Source: the human T2T-CHM13v2.0 reference genome, Homo sapiens. Taken from it: a stretch of 64,000 nucleotides of DNA. The stretch lies in assembly GCF_009914755.1 (NCBI RefSeq), contig NC_060947.1. One strand, 5' to 3'. Both the position numbers and the translations under genes were made by a program. The notes under the pieces were generated by a model that saw nothing but the letters and a program-made list of their open reading frames with translations, did not search any database and had not been told where the DNA came from. Below, in pieces: positions 1 through 18,797 of this stretch (position 1 is its first letter; each line of letters opens with the position of its first letter).

Positions 1-1
1 G

Positions 2-58
2 CTCGAATGCCAGCGACGGCAATTGCAGAAAAGAATTGAGTACCTCAGTAGCTACTGA
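2..58 (+). pseudogene. MYCLP1: C-terminal end of an L-myc-like bHLH-LZ reading frame (processed retrocopy MYCL2/MYCLP1); 5' part lies outside the window
   Basis: Frame 2 reads LECQRRQLQKRIEYLSSY-TGA, with leucines at i, i+7 and i+14. It closely matches the recalled MYCL C-terminus (LRCRQQQLQKRIAYLTGY) but is diverged. Whether the whole ORF is intact cannot be seen here. Confidence 0.88.
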
Positions 59-623
59 CCAAAAAGCCTGACCATTCTGTCTTAAAAAGACACAAGTTTT
101 CTTTTTGATCTCCCTCTCCCCTTTAGTAACTTGTACATTTTTGTTACAGCAGGACACTCTGGACAGTAGATTGCAGAATGCATTGCAGCCAGTGCACAAA
201 CAATATAAAGGCTTGCATTCTTGGAAACTTTGAAACCCAGCTCTCTCTCTTCCCTGACTTATGGGAGTGCTTTGTGTTTTCTGGCACCTTTGGCTTCTCA
301 GCAGGCAGCTGACTGAGGAGACTTGGGGTCTTCCTGGCTCACTATCTCCAAAGAAAAGGCTGACAGATGGTATGCAACAGGTGGTGGATGTTGTTGGGGG
401 CTCCAGCCTGGAGGAAATCTCACACTCTACATGAACTTTAGGCTAGGAAAGGATGTCTCTGGGGTGATGCAAGGACAGCTGGGTGTGGACGCTCTCCCTG
501 CGGCTCCATTTTTTTCCAGGAGACACACAAGCTGCCTTGGGTGAAAACAAGCTCAGAGACTTGATCAACGTGGACCATTACCTCACTGTCAGACACTACA
601 GTAGCTGAGGAGTTGGAAACCTT

Positions 624-733
624 ACATATATGTATATATGTATATATATATGTATGTATATATGTATATATGTATATATATGTATGTATATATGTATATA
701 TGTATATATATATGTATGTATATATGTATATAT
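624..733. repeat. (TA)n/TG compound microsatellite with a 30-bp higher-order period
   Basis: Directly visible; 651-680 and 681-710 are identical. Confidence 0.97.
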
Positions 734-1403
734 TATGATGTTGGCTGACCCCCTTCCTCCCACTCTCAATGCTGTGACTCAGAACATTTAAGAGAACTTC
801 GTCTGTAAGTAATTTGTCTTAAAGCCCTCTGGGCTCTCTTCTCTGAGTGAGGGAACTTTCTGTCTTCACAAGGGACTTTGTCTCATTCTGCCTCTGTTAT
901 GCAATGGGTTCTACAGCACCCTTTCCCGCAGGTTAGAAATATTTCCCTAAGACACAGGGAAATGGGTCTTAGCCTGGGGCCTGGGGAAAGTTCCCAAGCC
1001 CTGGCTCATGAACTCAATCCCTGCCCAGGTGTTTTCTGAGGGGCCCTTGAGGCCCAATCTTTTCTCAAGACAGGTGTGAGGCACCTCAGAAGGGAGAACT
1101 GTAACACTTTCTCTTTCGCACCTGCCTCTCATCTCAATCCTTGACTGATGAATTTGAAGTTCTACTAGAACCATGAAAACTTGTTCCTTTCGTGCATCTC
1201 CAAGGAGCTTGCTGGCTCTGCAGCCACGCTTGGGCCCTCGCACCAGCCTGCAATGAGTCAGATGTCTTTCACAGAATCTGGGCCTCTCTGAAGTTTTCTG
1301 GAGAGCTGTTGGGACTCATCCAGTGCTCCACAACGTGGACTTGCCTCCTGGTGTGTTTTAAAGGATCCTCCAGGAGCTCTGCTTAGCCAATCATCATGAT
1401 GGA

Positions 1404-1658
<255 letters not shown>

Positions 1659-2062
1659 CATGATAGATTTTGCCCCAGCTGGACTCTGCAGCTCCACTTG
1701 GAATCCAGGTGCTGCCTCCAGTCTGGGAAAGTCACCCAACCCCGCAGTTGTCATGTGGGTAACTTCTGAAACCCCTAAGCCTGTCCTGTGAGAAGGACCA
1801 GCCTCTCCAGAACTCTGCCTAGGACAGCAGGTGCCTGCTTGGAAGTTGGGAGGATGGGGAGTGGTAAGTCCTATTATATGTGGCTCTGGAACACCAGCTG
1901 CTACTTCCAAATCTATTGTCCATAATGGTTTCTTTCTGAGGTTGCTTCTTGCCCTCAGAGAACTCCAGGGGATGTTTGGAAATAGCCTCTTTACCCTTCT
2001 GGAGCATGGTTTACAAGAGCCAGCTGACTTTTGAAACTGTCTATGGAACAGGTTAAGTGTAG

Positions 2063-2810
<748 letters not shown>

Positions 2811-2905
2811 GATTTATTTTGAAAAGCACGTTTACCTGAAATTTTGTATTTAGTTTTGATTTCTGATTGCCTGATTGTAAAATGTTGCCTTTTGGGACAT
2901 CTTCT

Positions 2906-2911
2906 AATAAA
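2906..2911 (+). terminator. Polyadenylation signal AATAAA inherited from MYCL mRNA
   Basis: AATAAA lies ~16 nt before the end of MYCL homology and the tail remnant. Confidence 0.75.
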
Positions 2912-2980
2912 AGTTTCATCAAACATGTTTTTTTTTAAAAAAGAAGTAAACATCTTTATGACCTTGAATGTGGTAATGGA

Positions 2981-3652
<672 letters not shown>

Positions 3653-4262
3653 CAAAATTAAAACTATTAAGCACAAAGATACATCAAGGAAGTTAAGACA
3701 ACCTACAGAATGAGAGAAAATATTTGCAAATCATATATCTGATAAGGTTCTAGTATACATATTATGTAAAGAAGCTGTACAACTTAACAACAAAAAAGAC
3801 AAACTGATTTTAAAATGGGCAAAAGACTTGAATAGACATTTACTCAAAGGAGATATACAAATGACCAACAAGCACATGAAAAGAAGTTCAACGTTGTTAG
3901 TCATTAGGGAAAAATAATTCAAAACCATAATGACATAACACCCAACACACACTAAGATGGCTATAATTAAGAAAAAAAACCCAGAATATAGCAAGTGTTG
4001 GCAAAGATGTGGAAACTGGAACCGTCATAAATTGCTAGTGAGAAAGTAAAATGATGCAATTGTGGAAAACAATTTGGCAGTTTCTCAAAAAGTTAGACAT
4101 ACAATTACCATATGACCCAGCAACTGCACTCCTAGAGAAATAAAAACATATGTCCACACAAAAATTGCACATAAATGTTTATATCAACATTATTCATGAT
4201 AGCAGGAAAAGTGAAAACATCCAATTATCCATCAACGGATGAATGCATAAATGACATGGGAT

Positions 4263-4828
4263 ATAATAGGATTTGGGTCTGTGTCTCTACCCAAATCTCA
4301 TGTCAAATTGTAATCCCCAATGTTGGAAGTGGGGCCTGGTGGGAGATGAATGCATCATGGGAGAGGATTTCTCCTTTGGTACAGTTCTTGTAAGTGAATT
4401 ATCACAAGATTTAGTGGTTTAAAATTGTGCAGCACCTCCCCCCACTTCCTCCTGCTCTGGCCATGTGAAGACATACCTGCTTCCCCTTCACCTTCTGCCA
4501 CGATTTTAAGTTTCCTGAGGCCTCCCCAGCCATGCTTCCTGTACAGCCTGCAGAAACCATGAGCCAATTGAACTTCTTTTCTTTATAAATTACCCAGTCT
4601 CAGGTATTTATAGCAGTGCGAGAATGGACTAATACAGAAAATTGGTACTGGGAAGTGGGCATTGCTATAAAGATACCAGAAATGTGGAAGCAACTTTGGA
4701 ACTGGGTAATGGGCAGAGGTTGGAAGAGTGTGGAGGGTTCAGAAGACAGAAAGATGAGGGAAAGTTTGGAACTTCCTAGAGACTTGTTGAATGGTTTTGA
4801 TCAAAATGCTGATAGTGATGTGGACAGA
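4263..4828 (+). mobile_element. MaLR MST LTR (to 4635) plus start of the MST internal region
   Basis: CCCAAATCTCATG...GAATGGACTAATACA, followed by GAAAATTGGTACTGGGAAGTGG typical of MaLR-int. Confidence 0.88.
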
Positions 4829-5347
4829 TGTTACCAGAAAGGGGTCCTGATCCAATCTCCAAGAGAGGGTTCTTGGATCTTGTGCAAGAAAGAATTCGAG
4901 GGAAATCCATAAGGTGAAAGCAAGTTTATTTAGAAAGTAAAGGAATAAAAGAATGGCTACTCCATAGGCGAAAAGAGGGATATAAGTTCTCACTTTGGGC
5001 CAGGGTTTCAGGCTTTTTGGCTTAGGGGTGGGGCTTCGCCAGGGACCTGTCCCTGTCTTCCTAGAATTTCTCTGCCCCTTGCCTTTATCATTGTATCATA
5101 ATGAACAGTGAGAATGACCAGAGGTTGCTTTCGTCACCATCTTGGTTTTGGTGGGATTTGGCCGGCTTCTTTCCTGCACGCTGTTTTATGGGCAAGGGCT
5201 TTGTAACCTGTATCTTGTGCTGACCTCCTATCTCATCCTGTGACTTAGAATGCCTAACCTACTGGGAATGCAGCTCAGTAGGCCTTATCCTTATTTTACA
5301 CAGCCCCTATTCAAGATGGAGTCACTGTGGTTTAAACGCCTCTGACA
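4829..5347 (-). mobile_element. MER41-type ERV1 3' LTR with a replaced central segment
   Basis: Minus strand begins TGTCAGAGGCGTTTAAACCACAGTGACTCCATCTTGAATAGGGGCTG and ends CCCCTTTCTGGTAACA; preceded by polypurine tract AAAAGGGAAGAGGAAATA. Confidence 0.85.
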
Positions 5348-6761
5348 TATTTCCTCTTCCCTTTTACAAGGGAACCCTTAATCCTAACAGTTGTAGAGGG
5401 AAGAAGATCCATCTTCTGTAACTTCTTCAGGCTGAATGGGGCAATGATATTCCAGCCTAACTCTTAGGGTCTCTTGTATTCAGGGCAGAGAGGAGCTCAT
5501 TCTGAAAGTGTAGGTATGGCGAGGGCCATTCATAACTCAGTTCTGACAAAAGGTGATATCTGGAAGATTAATAAGTGTTCAGTTTAAGAAAACATTCAGT
5601 AAGCTTATCCTGCATTCCTACAAAAAGAATAAAACTGCAATATATTCCACAACAATAAAACAAAATAAGTCAAATTATTCCAAGTAAACTAAATAAGGCT
5701 TTCCATGAACTGGACAATTGTTGGAACCAAGCTGATGTGAGGTTGCTTGCCAATTACAACGTGCCCAGAATTAGAATACTGATCCAGATTTTTACATTAC
5801 CTATACCTCTTGTTTCTTCTGAGCCACAGCAAGAGATCACTGGTTGGTTCACAGAAATAAGCAGGGTCTGTCTAAATTGCAGAAAGAAAATGCAAAAACA
5901 ACTGACACTAGAGTCTAATAACAGATGTACCATAGTTCTTGAAATGTGATTTTTTCTCTCTTCAGTTTCCTATTTTTACTAAAGACAAATTATGGTAAGA
6001 CCAATTTGCTTTATTATACTTGGCCTGATTATTTGTATAAACTACAGCAAGAATAATTATTTAAAATTTTTTTTATTACTTTTTATTATTATTACATGAA
6101 AATCATGTTCAAGACAGAAAGCCAAATTTCACCCTTTGCATTAGCATAACATTGATGTTAAACCCAATTCTTAATAAAACCTTATAGAAAAATCTATTCA
6201 ATTTTAATGTATGACCATAAGGCAAGATTCTCATAAATCTTTTTAAATAACCCTTTACCATTTTCTGTTACAGAGCAGATCAGTACTCTAAGAAAGCTCT
6301 GTTGTGCTTTTATTCCAATGTTCAATTTACAGAAAAACTGAATAATTCTTCTTTAACTTTAGCCAATAGGTTCACACACAGAATTTCTTTTATAAGATTA
6401 ATTTTTCACAAACCTTCCACAATTTGTTCAAACCTTCAGCTTTATCCTATCTAACTTAAAACAATCTTTTAACCCTCTAAACTAGGCCCTCCAAAATTCA
6501 CATTCCCTTGCCTTCTTATAATCTTTTACCAAAAATACATTTTACTTTCCTTACACACCTTGCATGTAAAACTGTTTTTTCAGTAGCCTACTAAAAGGCA
6601 TTACAGTTTTTATTGTTATGACAACATATTTAAGTGGTTACTTTTCTTTACGCTAATTAATTAGAGCTCATTCATATATAAACATTACACATACAACACA
6701 TATAAATACACAGAAAGATAGAAGATCCAGTAGTTGCAAGATTTTTCATTTGCTATTTTCC
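5348..6761 (-). mobile_element. ERV1 (MER41/MER4-group) internal sequence, 3' portion
   Basis: Contiguous with the polypurine tract and LTR; AT-rich non-coding internal sequence. Confidence 0.7.
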
Positions 6762-7203
6762 TTTTTTAAAAATTTTTTTATTTTACTTTAAGTTCTGGGA
6801 TACCTGTGCAGAACGTGCAGGTTTGTTACATAGGTATACATGTGCCGTGGTGGTTTGCTGCACCTATTAACCCATCATATAGGTTTTAAGCCCCAAACGC
6901 ATTAGGTATCTGTCCTAATGCTCTCCCTCCCCTTGCCCCCGACCCCCCAACAGGCCCCGGTGTGTGGAGTGTTTTACTTCCAATTATGTGGTCAATTATG
7001 TGAGAAGAATGTATATTCTGTTGATTTGGGGTGGAGAGTTCTGTAAATGTCTATTAGGTCTGCTTGGTCCAAAGCTGAGTTCAAGTCCTGAATATCCTTG
7101 TTAATTTTCTGTCTCGTTCATCTGTCTAATATTGACAGTGTCGTGTTAAAGTCTCCCACTATTATTGCATGGGAGTCTAAGTCTCTTTGTAGGTCTCTAA
7201 GAA
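6762..7203 (-). mobile_element. L1PA with a large internal deletion (3'UTR joined to ORF2 endonuclease region)
   Basis: L1PA 3' end at 6762-6966 abuts ORF2-EN sequence at ~6968-7203. Confidence 0.85.
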
Positions 7204-7228
7204 TTCGAGATTTAATTTCTTCCTAATT

Positions 7229-7305
7229 CCAAGATTGTGCCACTGCACTCCAGCCTGGGTGACAGACCGAGACTGTCTAAAAAAAAAAAAAAAAAAAAAA
7301 AAAAA
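7229..7305 (+). mobile_element. Alu 3' fragment with long poly(A)
   Basis: CCAAGATTGTGCCACTGCACTCCAGCCTGGGTGACAGA...A-tail. Confidence 0.9.
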
Positions 7306-11946
<4,641 letters not shown>

Positions 11947-12345
11947 TACATTCGTAGACATAGAAAGTAGAATAGTGGTTGTCAGGGGCTGGAAGGAGAA
12001 TGAAATGAGCAGTGACTGCTTAATGGGTACAAAGTCTGGGTTTTTTGGGGGGTGTTTCTGCATTCGATATTGGTGATTGTTGCACAACTTTATGAATATA
12101 CTAAAAGGCACTAAATTGTATGCTTGAAAGGTTACAATGATGAATTATATGTGATGTGAACTTTATCTCAACGTAAAAAGGTTGTGTAGTATAGGCATAT
12201 GGATAGACATATAAATAACTGAAATACATAATGAGATCAAATTGAGAGTTCAGTAATAAGCCCATACATTTGTGGTCAACTAATTTTCAACAAGGATGCC
12301 AAGACCAATCAATGGGGAAAAATAATCTTTTCTAAAATGAGTTGT
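11947..12345 (+). mobile_element. L1MB-like 3' end (to ~12178) plus an L1M ORF2 fragment
   Basis: AGAAAGTAGAATAGTGGTTGTCAGGGGCTGG...ACTTTATCTCAA; likely the continuation of the L1 broken at 4262. Confidence 0.7.
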
Positions 12346-12417
12346 CTATGACACCACTAAGCATGAATAACAAAGGTAGGTTGAGGATTGAGGTCAGTGG
12401 CACCAAGGAAAGAGAGA

Positions 12418-12597
12418 AAAGTTTTTCAGAAGGTGGTCCTTGGATCACTGGATTCAGAATCAATTGAAGGGTCTATTAAAATCTCAATTCCTGGACCCTT
12501 TTACTGAGTCAAATTTTCAGGTGTGAGCCCCAGGAATCTGCATTTTAACTAGCTACCTAGATAATTCTAATGCATACTAAATTCTGGAAACAACTGA
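12418..12597. mobile_element. MER5-type hAT-Charlie MITE
   Basis: GGAATCTGCATTTTAAC...AAACAACTG pattern. Confidence 0.65.
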
Positions 12598-13974
12598 TAT
12601 AGAGGTTATCAGCATGGGTTTCAGGAGAGAAAGAAACTGAGTTCAAATTCCAGCTCTGCCAATTAGTAGTTCTACCTTCTCTTCTGAGGTGTCACTGCCA
12701 ACTCCCTGCACTCACCTGTGTTATCCTACCTCACATAATTAGTTCTTACCATAAGAGGCCCAGGTTGGTTACTTCGTTAATGATAGTAACCACAATGTAA
12801 GTGAACAAACTCAAGCACAAAATCTTAATATGAAACCTATGTCCTTCTTACAGCACTATCCTATCTTTTTTGTCCCGGCACCTCCAACAATGCCCTACAC
12901 CCCAGGTCTCGTGCTGTCTGCTCATCTTCCTGTTAGAGATGACAGACATGAAATCAGAGAAAGCTTCATAGAAGGGGCTTCAAACAGAACTGTGCCTTGA
13001 AGAACAAGGCAGGATTTCCACATGCAGAAACAGGAAGGAAAGAATGTTCTAGAAGGAGGCAATGACATTAATGTGAAGTTAAAGAGGGCAGTTGCTACAT
13101 GCTTTGAATTTATTACTGGGACCAATCAGGGCACTAGGCCTGGATTACTTTGTCGTTGGTTTACCAGTTTCCCTCTAACTTGTAGTTTTAATTCATCTTT
13201 CTGACCAATCAGGGAATTTGGCCTTGCTTACTTTGCTGTTGATTGACCCTCAGCTTCCTGCCCTTGTAGCAATCCACTCCAGTGCAAAAATTCCAAGTGC
13301 AAATTTGTTATCCTTCCTGACATTTCCAGCCCAGCTGTCCTTTCCCAGTGCTTCTAATACTCCTCTGAACCCCAGCACTTATACCTCTCCATAACCCCTC
13401 ATAGTTACAGGAGAGGTCACATCTACTTGGGGTAGGGGACATGAAATCAGGGAAGGCTTTACAAAGGAGTCTGTGTTTATGTCAAGTTTTGAGGGAAGAA
13501 ACATGGTATTCCTAGAGATGGAAGAAAGAGGCATTTCAGAAAACAGGCAATGATATAAATTCATTTTTTCAAAAATGTTTGTTGAGCGCTCCATTTTCTC
13601 CAATCAATAATGCAACACAATTATTTTAAGCACCTTCTAGGTGCTGTGCTAGGCTCCTAGATACTCATTCATTTGCTCAAATTCCTCTTTAGCAAAACTT
13701 ATACCACTTACCCACCCACAGATGTTGTAGCTGATGGAAGTATGCTTCAAGGACCACCTGCATGACTCACCTGAGTGGCTTATTAAACATGCAGATGGAA
13801 GTGTACTACTTTCTGTATCTTTGTTGCATACAGTGCTCCAGGCCCTAGTTAATTTTTATCTTCAAAGCTACTAAGCTTGCCAGGGAACTACCTTCAGGGT
13901 ATCAGGCTTATCGTTCTCTCCCCGGACCCACTACCACCCCCAACTTCCCAATTACTACTCATTATCATATCTTT

Positions 13975-14940
<966 letters not shown>

Positions 14941-15619
14941 ATACCCCAAACCATAAATAACATATATATTGAAAATATACTTTTACTTAGGTAGTTGGCC
15001 CTCTTCACTGTGACTTATTTGAAACTAAATGTTGTATCCTTGTATCCTTAATCGTACACACTTCAACTATGAAATCTAGGGTGAAGAAACTGGAATGGAT
15101 CTCAAGCTACGGTGACAGTGCAGCAGAAAATGTTTGAAAGAAGTGGAGATGATTGAGGAAAGAGAGATTGGTGTCCTTTGACACCCTTTCATGGGCTGAA
15201 TTCCAATTTATTCCGGTGACAGCATCTGCAGTCATGATAGAAAGGTTAACATTTCATAGATCACTTAACTATGCTGCCCATTGAAGCGAAGAGGTCAGCA
15301 GACTGGGAAGAAATGACACTATGCCACCCACATTCTGAGTGGTTCCTTTTAGCTGATTATTTTAGAACTTTTTGGGTGATACAATTTGGCCATTTCTCCC
15401 TATTTTTAAAGTACTCAAGCAATTTAGGCATTTAAGTGTTCTTCCATCTGTAAGAGGTTTAATCACTTAGCCCTGAATTTTCAATCTTCTTGAATCAATT
15501 GAAGCTTTACAAAGTGTTCCTTTTAGCTAACGTTGGAAAGAGAACAAAAGGAGCTGAGCCAACCCTATTATTTGGGATCAGAGTTAGTGCGGTAAATTGG
15601 GCTGCCACCAAGGCTTTTT

Positions 15620-15882
15620 CCTGTGTCGTCTAAAAGTGTGGCCTGGGAACTACCTGCATCAGAAACAGCTGGGGGTGTTATATTAAAATAATTCACCCCA
15701 GAACTAGCATGAGCAATCATTTGGGGGTTTCCCAGGACTGAGGGGTTCCCCCGGACACTAGACTTTCAGTGATAAAACTGGAAAAGTCTTGAACAAACCA
15801 GGATGGGTGGTCACTCTGCTTCAGACCTTCTGAATAAGCATCCCTGCTTTTGTATAAAAACTTAAGTTTGAGAACCAATACA
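15620..15882. mobile_element. MER5 with nested MER81-like hAT-Blackjack MITE (~15707-15817)
   Basis: CCCAGGACTGAGGGGTTCCCC...GGTGGTCACTCT lies between two MER5 halves. Confidence 0.6.
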
Positions 15883-16339
15883 GTGGCAAAAGCACTCCAT
15901 CTTCACTCCTCACTGAACTTCACCACCACCCCACCATCCCCTCCCTTGGCTGCCCCCAGCCTGCAGCTCATTCTGGAACTGCTTTGTCTAACTCCTTTAA
16001 CTGTTACTTTCTTCCATTATTACATGTAGGCAGCTCTCTCCCTTCATTTGGAGGGCAGTGCTTTTAGGGCTACGCCCTAAAAATAGTCGAACAAGTAACA
16101 GACTCATGGTTGCTCATGTCTATGTGCTAGGAAAAATGAGGGCATGAAGAAGTTTATTTCTTCATTTATTCATTTATGAACATTTATTGAGCACCTTTCT
16201 ATATACCATAAGTTGCTCAGAGTGAAAACGATCCTAAGATTAGGTGTGAACATAGACATGCATGTAGGAACATGTCTGGCATGTTTCAGCATATAGATGG
16301 AGAAATACCCAATTTCCAAGAGCTACGACTATTTGAGAA

Positions 16340-18450
16340 TATTCATTAATTCAGCAAATATTTACTGAGGACCTTTTATGTGCCAGCACTGTGCTAGGCA
16401 CTGGGATACCATAGTGAGCAAGATAGTCAAGGTCCCTGCTCTCATGGAGCTCACGTTCTAGTACAGAAAGACAGGTAAACACAAATATATAATGACAGGT
16501 GCTTTAATAAGTGCCTTAAAAATAGACAGGGTGGTGTGTTTGAAATGGACAGTCTACTTTTGATTAGCTGGTAAAAGAGCGCCTCTCTGAGGAGGTGACA
16601 TTTGGGCCAAGATATAAATCATAAAAGTCCAGTCATTTGCATACCCAGGGGAGAAATGTTCTAGGCAGAAGGAATAGGTAGTGCCTGAGCCTAAAGGCAG
16701 GAAGGAGCTTGGCATGCGAAGAAATGCTGACAAGCCTGGTGTGATGGGAGTGTCAGGAACAATGGAGAGAGTTGGGAGAAAGGAAGTTGGAGAGGTAGGC
16801 AGAGTTCAGATCATGGAGGCCTTGTAGGCCTGGGTCAGGGGCTTGGCTTTTATTCTTGTTCTGAACACTGGTTCAGGGAAGATATTGGATGGTCTTAAGC
16901 AGATTTGCATTTTTAAAATCTCTCTGATACTTCTGGAGAATAGACTATAATAGAGTGAGAGTGGAAGCAGAGAAACCAGTTATGAGACTACTGCAAGAAG
17001 ACAATATGAGAGAGGGTGGTGGCTTGAAGTAATTTGGTGGGGAGCAGAACCAAGGACAATTCTGTATGTATTTTGGATTTAGGGCTACCACGTTTTGGTG
17101 ATGGTTTGGATGTAGGGTATAAAAGAGAAGATTCAAAGGTACTCCCAAGTTTCTTAACTTGGATGAATGATGGGATTATTTACTAAAATGGGGAAGATTC
17201 AAGGAGAAGGGACTTGTGGGGGTTGGGGGGGTGATCAAGTACCACGAGTTGTTTTAGACATGTAAAAGTTGATATGCCTAATAATATTCCAAATTGAGGC
17301 ATCACATAGTCAGATATACATGTCTCAAGTTCTGCGGGATGTCAGAGTCAGATATATTAATTAATTTGTGGGTCAATAGCACATAGGTGATATTTAAAGC
17401 CTTGGGATTGCATGACATTATCTAGGGAGAAAATGTAATGGAAACGGGGAAGAGGTTCCTGTTCTGAGCCCTGGAGCCTCCAACATTTAGAAGTCAAGCA
17501 GAGGATATGAACAGACACTTCTCAAAAGAAGGCATTTATACAGCCAACAAACATGAAAAAAAGCTCATCATCACTGCTCATTAGAGAAATGCAAATCAAA
17601 GCCACAATGAGATACCATCTCACACCAGTTAGAATGGTGATCATTAAAAAGTCAGGAAACAACAGATGCTGGAGAGGATGTGGAGAAATAGGAAAGCTTT
17701 TACACAGTTGGTGGGAGTGTAAATTAATTCAACCATTGTGGAAGACAGTGTGACAGTTCCTCAAGGATCTAGAACCAGAAATACCATTTGACCCAGCAAT
17801 CCTATTACTGAGTATATACCCAAAGGATTATAAATCATTCTACTATAAAGACATATGCACACGTATGTTTATTGCAGCACTGTTCACAAAAGCAAAGACT
17901 TGGAACCAACCCAAATGCCCATCAATGATAGACTGTATAAAGAAAATGTGGCACATATATACCATGGAATACTATGCAGCCATAAAAAGGGATGAGTTCA
18001 TGTCCTTTGCAGGGACATGGATGAAGCTGGAAACCATCATTCTCAGCAAACTAACACAGGAACAGAAAAGCAAATGCCACATGTTCTCACTCATAAGTGG
18101 GAGTTGAACAATGAGAACACATGGACGCAGGGAGGGGAACATCACACACTGGGGCCAGCTGCGGGGTCGGGGGCTAGGGGAGGGATAGCAATAGGAGAAA
18201 TGCTTAACGTAGATGACGGGTTGATGAGTGCAGCAAACCACCATGTCACATGTATACCTATGTAACAAACTTGCACATTCTGCACATGTATCCCAGAACT
18301 TAAAGTATAATGTAAAAATTTTTTTTTAAAAAAGAAGTCAAGCAGAGAACAAGGAACTAGCAAAAGAGATAGAGGAGCCAATGAGGTAGAAGATAAACCA
18401 GGAGGACAATGTAGTGTCACTGAAGCCAGAAGGGGAATAAAAGGAGGATC
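16340..18450 (-). mobile_element. L2 (L2a-like), interrupted by L1PA
   Basis: Antisense L2 3' end ATTCAGCAAATATTTACTGAG...TGTGCTAGGCACTGGGATAC followed by purine-rich L2 body. Confidence 0.8.
17504..18332 (+). mobile_element. 5'-truncated L1PA (PA7/8-like)
   Basis: ORF2 C-terminus and 3'UTR; perfect 15-bp TSD agaagtcaagcagag at 17489-17503 and 18333-18347. Confidence 0.95.
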
Positions 18451-18459
18451 AAGGAGAGA

Positions 18460-18797
18460 ATACTATTATTCCCATTTTGCAGATAGGGAAATTGAGGCAT
18501 GGGAGTGTAATTGGCTTGCCCAAGGTCACGTAGCTAGTAATGGAAGAGCAGAAAGTGAAATCCAAGCAATTTGACTTCAGAGTCTGTGCTCCTAACCACT
18601 ACCCCAGTGAGTGGCTCTCAAACTTCAGTGTTCATCAGAGTCATCTGTAGAGCTTATTAAGACACAGATTCCTGGGCCCTACCTCCAGAGTTTCTTATTC
18701 AGAATGTCTGAGGTAGGGCCCAAGATTTTGCATCTTGACCAAACTCCTAGGTGATGCTGATGCTGCTGGTCTAGAGACTGCACTTTGAGAATTACTG
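18460..18797. mobile_element. MIR followed by MER5A
   Basis: MIR core CCCATTTTGCAGATAGGGAAATTGAGGC; MER5A CAGTGGCTCTCAAAC...TTTGAGAATTACTG. Confidence 0.75.
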
